This document shows, piece by piece, positions 25,939 through 36,314 of a stretch of 54,658 nt of DNA (positions are counted from its first letter, which is position 1; each line of letters starts with the position of its first letter). Source of the DNA: Clostridia bacterium (GTDB lineage: Bacteria; Bacillota; Clostridia; Oscillospirales; Acutalibacteraceae); the NCBI GenBank assembly GCA_017623315.1, contig JAGAPJ010000012.1:1-54658 (forward strand). Direction: 5' to 3'. Below the pieces are notes generated by a model that ran no database searches, was not told the origin of the DNA, and worked only from the letters and a program-made list of their open reading frames with translations. A program made the translations under genes and the position numbers.

Positions 25939-25998
25939 ATTGTATACTAAAAGCTTGTTAAAATCAAGCGTTATATTGACTAAATTTTAACAAGCTTT
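25939..25998 (-). promoter_or_regulatory. fba promoter plus a 15-bp perfect inverted repeat
   Basis: On the minus strand: TTGATT (25962-25967), 17-nt spacer, TACAAT (25939-25944). Inverted repeat aaagcttgttaaaat (25950-25964) / attttaacaagcttt (25984-25998). Confidence 0.6.
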
Positions 25999-26015
25999 AT
26001 AATTTTTTTCGTTTA

Positions 26016-26858
26016 TTATTTATCCTCGTCCTCTAAAACCTTTTCAGGTGGAAGCTCCAAAAGCTCGGGATTAGCTAAATAACGCTTAAGGGTTTTAAAT
26101 GCCAAGGCAAAATAACTGCCCGAACAAACACGTTCGTCCATAACAACACCAATTGGAAGCGAACGAACAAAGGTGATTTCATCGCCCTTGCGTTTTGGTA
26201 CTTCACGCAAATTGCCCATTGCCATAAATACGCTGGTTGTACCAAATTCATAGCAGTGGTGATAAATGTGGTTAGTGCGGATAGATGCTAGATTGGTGAT
26301 ACCCATACTCATATGGAAGGGTGACATATCAATAACAAATTTAGGTAATAGGCCGTGCTTATCCATCCATTTAAGCACCTTAACACCAACGGTTAAAAGA
26401 CCGGGTACGCTTAAAAGGAACTTGATAATTTTTTCAGTACCGTTATTTTCGGGGTTTTCGCGGTTTTCTTCAACGTATTTGTTAATAACGTTGTTAACGT
26501 CAAAAATGGTTTGAGTTTTATCAAAATACATTTTAGACATAGTGCCGTTGCTATCCTCACCCGACTTTAAAACAACCATACCAATGGCAATTTCGTTACG
26601 GGTGTAAACCTTTTTATTAACAATAAAGCGGTTAAGTTGGGGGTGCTCGGCCATAGTGCGAATATATGCAGCAATAACAAGGGCAAGGTGGCTTATTCTA
26701 ATACCTTCCTTGCGCTTTTTGTTTATGTATTCTTGCATAGGCTCATAAGGAATATCGATAGTAATCATATTCATCGAGTCAACGCGTTTGTCCATAATAT
26801 GCGCCGCAACCCTGTACATCGGGTCGGTATTGCGAAGTCGTTTTCCGTCTGCTCTCAT
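26016..26858 (-). CDS. 2-oxoacid dehydrogenase E2 / CAT-like acyltransferase-fold protein (function unknown)
   Basis: I chose the ATG at 26858, which follows gagg. The C-terminal motif VVMDERVCSGSYFALAF resembles the E2 DHRxxDG motif but has E in place of H. Confidence 0.6.
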   Translation of the reverse strand: MRADGKRLRNTDPMYRVAAHIMDKRVDSMNMITIDIPYEPMQEYINKKRKEGIRISHLALVIAAYIRTMAEHPQLNRFIVNKKVYTRNEIAIGMVVLKSGEDSNGTMSKMYFDKTQTIFDVNNVINKYVEENRENPENNGTEKIIKFLLSVPGLLTVGVKVLKWMDKHGLLPKFVIDMSPFHMSMGITNLASIRTNHIYHHCYEFGTTSVFMAMGNLREVPKRKGDEITFVRSLPIGVVMDERVCSGSYFALAFKTLKRYLANPELLELPPEKVLEDEDK

Positions 26859-27035
26859 AAAATACCTCTTTGTCAAATTTATGAATAAATTGTAAAATAA
26901 TGATACCACAAACTATTAAAAACCGCAACATTTTTTTAAAATCTTAAGAATTAAAACTACTTGTTAAATTAATATATATATGGTATACTTATTATGTATG
27001 AATTTTTCGTTGAAATTTTTCCATAATAAATATGG

Positions 27036-27719
27036 GTGATTTTAATGAGTGATAATAATTCTTTAAAAAACGAAAAAAGCGAAGAAATAAAGGAATTTGG
27101 GGCGGTGGTGGCGTCCGACGGTAAGCATAAAATTTACTGCCTTACCATTATTGGTGAAATTGAAGGCCACACCGTTTTAGCGGAGAATAGCAAATCGACA
27201 AAGTACGAGCACATTATACCGCAGCTTGTTGCGGTAGAGGAATCGCAGGAAATTGAAGGTCTTTTGGTAATACTTAATACCATTGGCGGTGATGTTGAAG
27301 CGGGTCTTGCCATTGCCGAGCTTATTTCAGGTATGAAAAAGCCCACCGCATCCTTTGTGCTTGGCGGCGGTCATTCAATCGGTGTTCCGCTTGCAGTATC
27401 GGCAAAGCGGTCGTATATTGCACCATCGGCAACTATGACAGTACATCCTGTAAGAAGTAATGGGCTTTTTATTGGTGTACCTCAAATGCTTAACCATTTT
27501 CAGCGTATGCAAAAGCGCATAACTGAATTTGTTTGTCGCAATTCAAAAATTAATGAGGATACCTTTACTAACCTTATGATGAACACGGGTGAAATGGTGA
27601 CCGACGTAGGTAGCGTTTTATCGGGTGAAAAAGCGGTAGAGCTTGGACTGATTGATAAGGTCGGTAATCTTTCCGAGGTTATTGAAGGACTTTACGAATT
27701 AATCGAAAAAAACGGCTGA
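27036..27719 (+). CDS. tepA: ClpP-fold protein, TepA-like (translocation-enhancing protein family)
   Basis: 227 aa. IIGEIEGH...KYEHIIPQL...LNTIGGDVEAGLAIAELI. Start is the GTG at 27036 or the ATG at 27045. Confidence 0.8.
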   Translation: MILMSDNNSLKNEKSEEIKEFGAVVASDGKHKIYCLTIIGEIEGHTVLAENSKSTKYEHIIPQLVAVEESQEIEGLLVILNTIGGDVEAGLAIAELISGMKKPTASFVLGGGHSIGVPLAVSAKRSYIAPSATMTVHPVRSNGLFIGVPQMLNHFQRMQKRITEFVCRNSKINEDTFTNLMMNTGEMVTDVGSVLSGEKAVELGLIDKVGNLSEVIEGLYELIEKNG

Positions 27720-27761
27720 TCTTTCAGCCTTACATATCTAAATATTAAGGAGAAGATTTTT

Positions 27762-30155
27762 TTGGCAACTAAAAAAAGGAAGTATACAAAACGCAAAACT
27801 CAAAAACAAACTAAGCAAAACCAAGCTGCACAGCGTCAGCTTTATTCGGTAATTGGCTTTGCAGTTGCAATATTTTTACTTTGCGTTGTATTTATAAAGG
27901 GCGAAAACGTTTGGCTTTGGTTACATAATTTTGTTTTCGGTCTTTTCGGTGTTACAGCTTATGCAGTACCCTTTTTTGTAGGTATTGTATCGGTATTTGT
28001 TTCTATGGAAAAATTAACCAATACCACCATTGCAAAGCTCGTTGAGGGTGGGGTGTTAATCGCGTTTATAGGGGCTGCTATCGATATTTTTTCAAAGCAT
28101 ACCGATATTAGCTTTTGGTTACATTTAGGTAAAGCTTACACAAATGGTATTGCCCTTAAAAGCGGCGGCTTTGTAGGTGCGCTTATTGGTCAGCCTATTT
28201 ACCTTTTATTTGGTAAAACAGGTGCCGCTATAACCGTAATTTTGCTTATGTTTGTGCTTTTAATGATACTTACAGGCACAACCCTTATAAGTCTTTTCAA
28301 AATGCTTAAAAAGCCTGCAAAGGCTGTTGCTGAGCAGGCACAAAGTGCATATCAAAAGAATGATGATAAGGATATTAAGGTGGTTAAGGGCTTTAACGTT
28401 GACGTACCTGTTGACGGCAGTATTAAGGAACGCCAAAAGGAACAAAATGAATTGCCCCTTAAAAGCAAGCGACTTATTCGCGCTTATAAGGACGAAAGCG
28501 AGCCTGAAGCAAATAATGCCGCTATTATAGTTCAGCCTGAGGGTGCTGAGGACAAGGCGGAAATGGATACCGCTTTACAGGCAGCTAAGGTGGAAGATGA
28601 AAAAATTGTTATTGATATGAAGGCTGAAACCGAAATATTTACCGAAGAGGTTAAGGAAAACCTTGAATCCGCTACCGATAGGGGCTACGTTTATCCTCCT
28701 ACTACTCTTTTAAAGGAAACCCGTGGTACAAGTGCCTTAATTGCCGAGGATAATTCCGACACAGCCGAGCATCTTGTTAGAACACTTCGCAGCTTCGGTG
28801 TTGAAACACGAATTGTTGACATTAGTCGCGGTCCTACCGTTACCCGTTACGAATTACAGCCCTGTGCAGGTGTTAAAATTAGCAAAATCACCGCTTTGGC
28901 TGACGATATTGCCCTTAATTTAGCGGCAGGCAACGTGCGTATTGAAGCGCCTATCCCAAATAAAGCCGCCGTTGGTATTGAAGTGCCTAATAAGGAAAAG
29001 CGCGCTGTTGGTATTCGCGAAATTTTAGAAGCGCCCGAATTTACATCGGCAAAATCTAAATTGACTGTTGCACTCGGTAAGGATATTACAGGCAACATTA
29101 TTACAACCGATATTGCAAAAATGCCTCACGGTCTTATTGCGGGTGCTACAGGCTCGGGTAAATCGGTTTGCACAAACTCAATTATCATAAGTTTGCTTTA
29201 TAAGAACACACCCGACGAATTAAAGCTTTTGCTTATCGACCCAAAAACCGTTGAGTTTGAGCCTTATAACGGTATTCCTCACCTTATGGTACCTGTTGTT
29301 ACCGACCCTAGAAAAGCCGCAGGCGCTCTCGGTTGGGCTGTTGGCGAAATGGAAAAGCGTTATAAAATGCTTTCCGACCGCAAGGTAAGAAATATTGAAG
29401 AATATAACGAAGCGGTCGAGGGTCTTGTTGACGAGCCCGAGGTTGAAAAAATGCCGTATATCGTTATAATGATAGACGAATTTGCCGATTTAATGCAAAC
29501 TGCTTCTAAAGAAGTAGAAGACCATATTGCACGCTTGGCCGCTAAGGCCCGTGCCGCAGGCATACATATGATTTTGGCAACCCAACGCCCATCTGTTGAC
29601 GTTATTACAGGTGTTATTAAGGCTAATATTCCAACCCGAATTGCACTTACTACCTCCTCACAAATTGATAGCCGTACAATTATTGACCAAGCAGGCGCTG
29701 AAAAGCTTCTAGGCCGTGGTGATATGCTGTTTAACCCTGTTGGCACCTCAAAGCCAAGCCGTTTACAAGGTTGTTTTGTAAGTAACGAGGAAATTAAAGC
29801 CGTTGTTGATTTTGTTAAGGGTGACCGTGCCGCCGCTTATAACGAAGACGTTATGAATGAAATTGAACGACAGGCGGCAATTGAAAAGAAACAGCGTACA
29901 GGTGTTGAGGAGGACGGTCCCGACGAAGACCCAATGCTTAAGGATGCTATCCGTGTAGTTGTGGAAAACGGTCTTGCTTCAACCTCACTTTTACAGCGCA
30001 AGTTAAAGCTTGGTTATGCTCGTGCCGCACGTATCATTGATGAAATGGAGCAGCGTGGTATAGTTGGTGGTTACGAGGGCTCGAAGCCACGCAAGGTGCT
30101 TATCACTTCCGAACAGCTAATGGAAATGGAAGCCGCAGGTAAGGACGAAGTATGA
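27762..30155 (+). CDS. ftsK: DNA translocase FtsK/SpoIIIE
   Basis: 797 aa with N-terminal TMs, Walker A GATGSGKS, LLIDPK, a DEFADL Walker B and a C-terminal gamma wHTH (LLQRKLKLGYARAARIID). Confidence 0.95.
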   Translation: MATKKRKYTKRKTQKQTKQNQAAQRQLYSVIGFAVAIFLLCVVFIKGENVWLWLHNFVFGLFGVTAYAVPFFVGIVSVFVSMEKLTNTTIAKLVEGGVLIAFIGAAIDIFSKHTDISFWLHLGKAYTNGIALKSGGFVGALIGQPIYLLFGKTGAAITVILLMFVLLMILTGTTLISLFKMLKKPAKAVAEQAQSAYQKNDDKDIKVVKGFNVDVPVDGSIKERQKEQNELPLKSKRLIRAYKDESEPEANNAAIIVQPEGAEDKAEMDTALQAAKVEDEKIVIDMKAETEIFTEEVKENLESATDRGYVYPPTTLLKETRGTSALIAEDNSDTAEHLVRTLRSFGVETRIVDISRGPTVTRYELQPCAGVKISKITALADDIALNLAAGNVRIEAPIPNKAAVGIEVPNKEKRAVGIREILEAPEFTSAKSKLTVALGKDITGNIITTDIAKMPHGLIAGATGSGKSVCTNSIIISLLYKNTPDELKLLLIDPKTVEFEPYNGIPHLMVPVVTDPRKAAGALGWAVGEMEKRYKMLSDRKVRNIEEYNEAVEGLVDEPEVEKMPYIVIMIDEFADLMQTASKEVEDHIARLAAKARAAGIHMILATQRPSVDVITGVIKANIPTRIALTTSSQIDSRTIIDQAGAEKLLGRGDMLFNPVGTSKPSRLQGCFVSNEEIKAVVDFVKGDRAAAYNEDVMNEIERQAAIEKKQRTGVEEDGPDEDPMLKDAIRVVVENGLASTSLLQRKLKLGYARAARIIDEMEQRGIVGGYEGSKPRKVLITSEQLMEMEAAGKDEV

Positions 30156-31045
30156 CCCGTAAGGCTGAAATACGAAAAATAATTACAGTGATAACAGCGG
30201 TGCTTTGCATCGTTGTTTTCACTGTTTTACTGTTTTACGCCCGTGACCCATCGCTGTTTTCGGGTCAGAATTCAGGCGGGAAAGTTAATTTCGAGGACGA
30301 TTTCATTAAGTTTATGGACGTTTCGCAGGGTGATGGCGCAATAATTTACAGCGACGGCTACTGTGCGGTTATAGATGCGGGCGAAGCGGTAGCGGCAAAG
30401 GCCGTTTTGGCTGATTTAAATCGCCTTAACGTAAAGCAAATTGATATGCTTATTGCATCACATTATCATACCGACCACATAGGCTCATTCGAAGCAATCG
30501 CGGCTAAATACCCAATAAAAAATATGCTTGGTCCCGAAATTACCAAATACAATATTAAATCCGCCAAAAACGCTAAAGAAAGTGTGTTAAAGCAGGGCGG
30601 CAGCTTTTACGAGGGGATTTATGGGCTTAATTTTACCCTTGGCGAATTTGAAATTACGATTTTGGGTTATTATAACTGTAATGACGAAAACGACCGTTCA
30701 CTTTACCTTATGGCCGAAATTGACGGTGTAAAGTTTTTATTTACGGGCGACGGTGAACGCTTGGCGGAAGAGGAATTGATTAATCGCACAAGGGATATCG
30801 ACTGTGACGTATTAAAGGTTGCTCACCACGGCAGTAGGGGCGGCACGGGTTATCAGTTTTTACAGTACGCGAAGCCCGAATATGCCGTTGTTTCATCGGG
30901 TGCGGGTAACGAATACGGTCACCCGCATATTGAAACCATGAAAGCACTCGAAAACATTAATGCAAAAATTTACCGCACCGATACAAAGGGCGATATTACC
31001 TTTTATGTCGATGACGGCGAAATAGAAATTAAAACCGAAAAATAG
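30152..31045 (+). CDS. ComEC/Rec2-related MBL-fold metallohydrolase with an N-terminal TM
   Basis: HYHTDHIG (HxHxDH) and KVAHHGS motifs. ATGA overlap with ftsK. Confidence 0.85.
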   Translation: MTRKAEIRKIITVITAVLCIVVFTVLLFYARDPSLFSGQNSGGKVNFEDDFIKFMDVSQGDGAIIYSDGYCAVIDAGEAVAAKAVLADLNRLNVKQIDMLIASHYHTDHIGSFEAIAAKYPIKNMLGPEITKYNIKSAKNAKESVLKQGGSFYEGIYGLNFTLGEFEITILGYYNCNDENDRSLYLMAEIDGVKFLFTGDGERLAEEELINRTRDIDCDVLKVAHHGSRGGTGYQFLQYAKPEYAVVSSGAGNEYGHPHIETMKALENINAKIYRTDTKGDITFYVDDGEIEIKTEK

Positions 31046-33220
31046 GTGATTATTATTAACATTATTGAAAAATTAACACAGGAATTTTCGCTTAAAACTT
31101 ATCAGGTGGAAAACACGGTAAAGCTTATTGACGAGGGCAATACCATACCCTTTATCGCCCGTTACCGTAAGGAAGCCCACGGCTCACTTGACGACCAGGT
31201 TTTGCGTGAATTATCTGAAAGGCTTAACTATCTTCGCAATATGGACGAAACCCGTGAAAAGATTAAGGCTTCTATTGAAGAACAGGGCGCATTAACCGAC
31301 GAGCTTATGGCGGCAATTGACGCGGCGCAAACCTTAACCGAGCTTGACGATATTTATAGACCCTATAAGAAAAAGCGCAAAACAAGGGCAAGTGTTGCTA
31401 AGGAAAAGGGACTTGAGCCCTTGGCTGATATTATTTACGAGCAAGCCCCAGACTGCAAATTGCCCATTGAAATGGCGGCCGATTTCATTAATGCTGAATT
31501 AGGTGTTGAAACCGCCGAAGACGCTTTGCAGGGCGCAATGGATATTATTGCTGAAAAAATTTCGGACGATGCCGATATTAGAAAGCGTATGCGCTTTGTT
31601 TGTATGGCGCACGGTATTTTAAATGTTAAAGGTGCAAAGGATGACCTTGATGTTTATGAAATGTACAAGGAATATAGCGAAGCTCTTTCAAAAATTGCCG
31701 ACCATAGAATTTTGGCAATAAACCGTGGAGAAAAAGAAGAATTTTTAAAGGTTTCGATTGATTTTGACGAAGCAAAAGCAATGTTTATAATTGCCAAAAA
31801 TCATATTAAAGAGGGTAGCCCTGCAACCGAAACTGTGGTTGCCGCCGCAAAGGATGCTTACAGCCGTCTTATTTTCCCGTCTATTGAACGCGAAATTAGA
31901 AGCGAGCTTACTGACCGTGCATCCACCTCGGCAATTAAGGTTTTCTCCACTAATTTACAGCAATTATTAATGCAACCACCTGTAAATGATAAGGTTGTCT
32001 TAGGGTTAGACCCAGGCTATCGCACAGGCTGTAAGGTTGCGGTTGTTGACGGTACGGGTAAGGTGCTTGACACGGGTGTTATTTATCCCGCACCGCCAAA
32101 GAGTGATATAGAAAACGCTAAAATTATTGTAAAAGCCCTTGTTAAAAAGCACGGTGTTCAGGTGTTTGCCATCGGTAACGGTACCGCAAGTCACGAAACC
32201 GAAGTTTTTGCCGCCGACGTTATTAAGGAGCTTAACGACGGGCTTTCATATATGGTGGTTAGCGAAGCGGGTGCAAGTGTTTATTCGGCTTCAAAATTAG
32301 CGGCTGAGGAATTCCCCGATTATGACGTATCGCTTCGCAGTGCTGTGTCTATTGCAAGACGACTTCAAGACCCACTTGCCGAGCTTGTTAAAATCGACCC
32401 CAAGGCAATTGGTGTTGGTCAATACCAGCACGATATGCCCCAAAATCAGCTTAACAGCGCACTTGACGGTGTTGTTGAAGACTGCGTTAACTCAGTTGGT
32501 GTTGATTTAAATACCGCTTCGGTTCAGCTTTTGGCTCGTGTTTCGGGTCTTGGTCCTTCAGTTGCAAAGAACGTGGTTGCTTACCGTGAGGAAAACGGTC
32601 GTTTTACTAACCGCAGTCAGCTTAAAAAGGTTGCAAAGCTTGGTCCTAAGGCGTATGAACAATGCGCGGGCTTTTTGCGTATTACCGACGGTAAAAACCC
32701 GCTTGATAATACCTCGGTTCACCCCGAAAGCTATGAGGCGGCTGAGAAGCTTATTAAGATTTGTGATTATACTGATAAAGACCTTAAAAACGGTGCGCTT
32801 ACCAACTTATCCGAAAAGGTAAATGAAAAGGGTGTAAGCGCAGTTGCAGCCGAAATTGGTGTGGGCGAGCCAACACTTTTAGATATTGTAAAAGAGCTTG
32901 AACGTCCCGGCCGTGACCCTCGTGACGAATTACCCGCACCGCTTTTACGTACCGATATTATGTCTATGGAAGACCTTAAAGCAGGTATGGAGCTTACAGG
33001 TACCGTCCGTAACGTTATCGACTTTGGCGCGTTTGTGGACATTGGTGTTCACCAAGACGGACTTGTTCATATTTCCCATATTACCAACCGCTTTATTAAG
33101 CACCCAAGTGAAGTATTAAAGGTTGGTGATATTGTTAAGGTTTGGGTTTTATCGGTTGACGTTAATAAAAAACGCATTTCACTTACAATGCGAAAGGATA
33201 AATTAAATGAAGCAAAATAA
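31046..33220 (+). CDS. tex: Tex-like transcription accessory protein (YqgF/HHH/S1 domains)
   Basis: 724 aa with TIPFIARYRKE, LGLDPGYRTGCK and a C-terminal S1 domain (GTVRNVIDFGAFVDIG). Confidence 0.93.
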   Translation: MIIINIIEKLTQEFSLKTYQVENTVKLIDEGNTIPFIARYRKEAHGSLDDQVLRELSERLNYLRNMDETREKIKASIEEQGALTDELMAAIDAAQTLTELDDIYRPYKKKRKTRASVAKEKGLEPLADIIYEQAPDCKLPIEMAADFINAELGVETAEDALQGAMDIIAEKISDDADIRKRMRFVCMAHGILNVKGAKDDLDVYEMYKEYSEALSKIADHRILAINRGEKEEFLKVSIDFDEAKAMFIIAKNHIKEGSPATETVVAAAKDAYSRLIFPSIEREIRSELTDRASTSAIKVFSTNLQQLLMQPPVNDKVVLGLDPGYRTGCKVAVVDGTGKVLDTGVIYPAPPKSDIENAKIIVKALVKKHGVQVFAIGNGTASHETEVFAADVIKELNDGLSYMVVSEAGASVYSASKLAAEEFPDYDVSLRSAVSIARRLQDPLAELVKIDPKAIGVGQYQHDMPQNQLNSALDGVVEDCVNSVGVDLNTASVQLLARVSGLGPSVAKNVVAYREENGRFTNRSQLKKVAKLGPKAYEQCAGFLRITDGKNPLDNTSVHPESYEAAEKLIKICDYTDKDLKNGALTNLSEKVNEKGVSAVAAEIGVGEPTLLDIVKELERPGRDPRDELPAPLLRTDIMSMEDLKAGMELTGTVRNVIDFGAFVDIGVHQDGLVHISHITNRFIKHPSEVLKVGDIVKVWVLSVDVNKKRISLTMRKDKLNEAK

Positions 33221-34130
33221 TTTAAAGGGCAGTTTAATTCTTGCCCTTGCGGCACTTATTTGGGGTATGGCATTTGTAGCACAAAACCAAATTAGCGACA
33301 CGGTACCGACCTTTACAATTAATGCTTTAAGGTCATACATTGCAGCAATTTTCTTATTTGTTTTTTGGAAGGTTACAAACATAAAAACTAAAGCAAAATT
33401 TTTACCAACTGACAAGGTAGGCAAAAAGAAATATTTTGCTGCGGCTTTAATGTGCGGTGGCTTTTTAGCCGTCGCAATGAATTTACAGCAGTTTGGCATT
33501 GCGCTTTATCCAAAGAGTGCACCCGCCGAAACTCACGCAGGCTTTTTAACCGTTTTATACGTAATTTTGGTGCCGATTTTTTCGGTGGCGCTTCGCAAAA
33601 AAGTTCCGTTTTTTGTGTGGTGCGGCGGTATATTGGCAACAATCGGCATTTATCTTTTGTGCCTTGCAAACGGGCTGGACGCTTTCTACTTTGCGGACAT
33701 TATCGTTTTTTGTTGTGCAATTGCCTTTGCACTTCAAATCTTGGCGGTTGATAAATACGTTGGCCTTACAGGTGGGGTTAAGCTTTCTATAATGCAATTC
33801 TTTGTGGTTGGTGTGATTTCCACTATATGCGCCTTAATTTTTGACCTTAAAACCTTGTCAATGTCGGCTTTACTTGACGGTGCATTACCGATTTTATATC
33901 TTGGTATAATGTCAAGCGGTATAGCGTATACGCTTCAAATTGTCGGTCAAAAATATGCCGAGCCATCGGTTGCGTCAATTGTTATGAGCTTTGAAAGTGT
34001 GTTTGCGGTTTTGGGTGGTGTGATTTTTTCACATTCCACATTATCACCGAACGAAATTATCGGTTGTATTGTAATGTTTGCGGCAATAATTATTGCACAG
34101 CTACCCGAATTTAAAAAGAATAAAGAATAA
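33207..34130 (+). CDS. DMT-superfamily (EamA) transporter
   Basis: 307 aa, ten TM segments, two EamA-like halves. Confidence 0.85.
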   Translation: MKQNNLKGSLILALAALIWGMAFVAQNQISDTVPTFTINALRSYIAAIFLFVFWKVTNIKTKAKFLPTDKVGKKKYFAAALMCGGFLAVAMNLQQFGIALYPKSAPAETHAGFLTVLYVILVPIFSVALRKKVPFFVWCGGILATIGIYLLCLANGLDAFYFADIIVFCCAIAFALQILAVDKYVGLTGGVKLSIMQFFVVGVISTICALIFDLKTLSMSALLDGALPILYLGIMSSGIAYTLQIVGQKYAEPSVASIVMSFESVFAVLGGVIFSHSTLSPNEIIGCIVMFAAIIIAQLPEFKKNKE

Positions 34131-34153
34131 CAAAAGCACCAAATTTAGACTTC

Positions 34154-34182
34154 TTGACAGATTGGTTTTAATATGTTATACT
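34154..34182 (+). promoter_or_regulatory. glpP promoter
   Basis: TTGACA (34154-34159), 17-nt spacer, TATACT (34177-34182). Confidence 0.75.
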
Positions 34183-34203
34183 GATTGTTGGATGTGAATT
34201 TTT

Positions 34204-34764
34204 ATGGATTCATTACAGCTTATTGAAATGTTAGAGCTTAGCCCAATAATTTCAGCCGTGCACGATGCACAGTTTAATGATGCACTTGCGTCCCCTTGTG
34301 AAATTGTATTTTTGCTTGAGGGTGACGTTATGACAGTGGGCGAAAAAATTGCCGCCGCGCATAAAAACGAAAAGCTTTTGTTTGTGCATATCGATTTAAT
34401 GAAGGGCATCGGCAAGGACAAATGTGGTGTTCAGTTCTTGGCAAATTTAGGGGCTGACGGTATAATTTCCACCCGTGCGCTTTTAATTAAAAACGCTAAA
34501 GAAATTGGCATCTTAGCTGTTCAGCGTTATTTTGCGCTTGACAGTCAGGGGCTTGAAAGCATTAGGGAAATGATTGTTTCTGCCAAGCCTGACCTTGTTG
34601 AAATTATGCCGGGCGTAATTGAAAAGGTTATTAAAAAGTTTGCAAACGATAAAATACCCGTAATTGCAGGCGGTCTTTTAGAAACAAAGGCAGAGGTTAC
34701 CGCGGCTTTAAATAGCGGTGCCTTGGCGGTTTCTACAGGCAAGAAGGAATTATGGTATATTTAG
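34204..34764 (+). CDS. glpP: Glycerol-3-phosphate-responsive antiterminator GlpP
   Basis: 186 aa with PIISAVHD, LFVHIDLMKGIGKD and GADGIISTR motifs. Confidence 0.88.
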   Translation: MDSLQLIEMLELSPIISAVHDAQFNDALASPCEIVFLLEGDVMTVGEKIAAAHKNEKLLFVHIDLMKGIGKDKCGVQFLANLGADGIISTRALLIKNAKEIGILAVQRYFALDSQGLESIREMIVSAKPDLVEIMPGVIEKVIKKFANDKIPVIAGGLLETKAEVTAALNSGALAVSTGKKELWYI

Positions 34765-34793
34765 CTTAAAATTTAATATTTTTCCAAGAGATT

Positions 34794-34853
34794 AAGAGAA
34801 ACGGAATAAATAAGACGGCTTTTGTCGCCTTGTTTTTCTGTTTCTCTTTTTTT
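34794..34853 (+). terminator. Leader terminator upstream of the G3P oxidoreductase genes (likely GlpP target)
   Basis: Stem aagagaaac (34794-34802) / gtttctctt (34840-34848) followed by tttttttatttt. Confidence 0.6.
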
Positions 34854-34877
34854 ATTTTAAAAAAGGAGAGTTAAAAA

Positions 34878-36311
34878 ATGAATTACGACATTATTATTGC
34901 AGGTGGCGGTGTTATCGGCGGTATGGTAGCGCGTGAGCTTTCAAAGTACAAGCTTTCGGTTTGTGTTTTAGAAAAGCAAAGTGACGTGGCTATTGGTGCG
35001 TCAAAGGCTAACAGCGGTATTATTCACGGCGGTTACGACCCCGAGCCAAACACCCTAAAGGCTAAAATGAACAGTCGTGGTGTTGACCTTTTATATAAGG
35101 TCGCAAAGGAGCTTAACGTGCCATTTAAGCAAAACGGCTCGATGATTTGCGCTTTTGGTAAAGAAGAGGAAGCCGAGGTTTTCAACCTTTTTGAACGCGG
35201 TCGTGAAAACGGAATTGAGGAAATGCGCATTATAACAGGAGATGAAGCTCGTGAAATCGAGCCTGCATTATCTGAAGACGTAAGCCTTGTTTTATATGTT
35301 CCCACAGCGGGTATTATTTGTCCTTATAAGCTTACAATTGCGGCGATTGGTAACGCTATGGACAACGGTGTAGAGCTCATCCGTAATTTTGAAATTTGTG
35401 ATATTGGGAAAACCGACAGTGGATTTGTGGTCAAATCGACTAACGGTGAGGAAGTCACCGCAAAATATTTAATAAACTGTGCAGGCTGTAGCAGCGATAA
35501 GGTTGCAAAAATGGCTGGCGACGGCGAATTTGAAATTATCCCCCGCGCAGGTGAATATCTCCTTTTGGATAAAGCCGAAGGCAGTACTGTTTCCCACACA
35601 ATTTTCCAAGTACCCTCTGCTAACGGTAAGGGTATTCTTGTTACGCCTACTGCTGACGGCAACCTGCTTACAGGTCCTACTGCAGCAGTGGTTGAAAGCG
35701 CTGATAATAACGAAATTACACCCGAAGGTATTAGAACTGTTATTAACCTTGCAAAACGCAGTGTGCCTGAAATTCAGTTTTCAAAGGTTATTACCTCATT
35801 TGCGGGGGTTCGTTCTTCTGAAAAGGACGGCGACTTTATAATCGAAGCATCTAAAAAGGTCGAGGGTCTTGTAAACGTTGCGGCTATTGACTCTCCCGGT
35901 CTTACCTCTTGTGTAGCCATTGCTGAATATGTTACAGTTATTTTAAAGGGTATAGGTGTTACATTAACCCAAAAAGAAAACTGGAACGGTCACCGTGCTG
36001 ATATGGAAGCTTTTAATCATATGAGTGATGAGAAAAAGGACGAATTTATAAAACAAAACCCCGCTTACGGTAAAATTGTTTGCCGTTGCGAAGGTATTAC
36101 CGAGGGTGAAATTCGCGCGGCAGTAAGACAAAATCCCAAAGCGCTTGATATGGATGCTGTTAAGCGACGTACCCGTTCAGGTATGGGTAGATGTCAGGGT
36201 GGTTTTTGCTCACCATATGTTATGCGTATAATTGCCGAAGAAAACGGAATTAAAATGGAAGACGTAACCAAAAAGGGCGGCGCTTCAAAAATGCTTGTTG
36301 GGAGGATATAA
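34878..36311 (+). CDS. FAD-dependent glycerol-3-phosphate dehydrogenase/oxidase with a C-terminal BFD-like [2Fe-2S] domain
   Basis: 477 aa with DIIIAGGGVIGG, CRCEGITEGE and MGRCQGGFC motifs. Confidence 0.85.
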   Translation: MNYDIIIAGGGVIGGMVARELSKYKLSVCVLEKQSDVAIGASKANSGIIHGGYDPEPNTLKAKMNSRGVDLLYKVAKELNVPFKQNGSMICAFGKEEEAEVFNLFERGRENGIEEMRIITGDEAREIEPALSEDVSLVLYVPTAGIICPYKLTIAAIGNAMDNGVELIRNFEICDIGKTDSGFVVKSTNGEEVTAKYLINCAGCSSDKVAKMAGDGEFEIIPRAGEYLLLDKAEGSTVSHTIFQVPSANGKGILVTPTADGNLLTGPTAAVVESADNNEITPEGIRTVINLAKRSVPEIQFSKVITSFAGVRSSEKDGDFIIEASKKVEGLVNVAAIDSPGLTSCVAIAEYVTVILKGIGVTLTQKENWNGHRADMEAFNHMSDEKKDEFIKQNPAYGKIVCRCEGITEGEIRAAVRQNPKALDMDAVKRRTRSGMGRCQGGFCSPYVMRIIAEENGIKMEDVTKKGGASKMLVGRI

Positions 36312-36314
36312 ATA

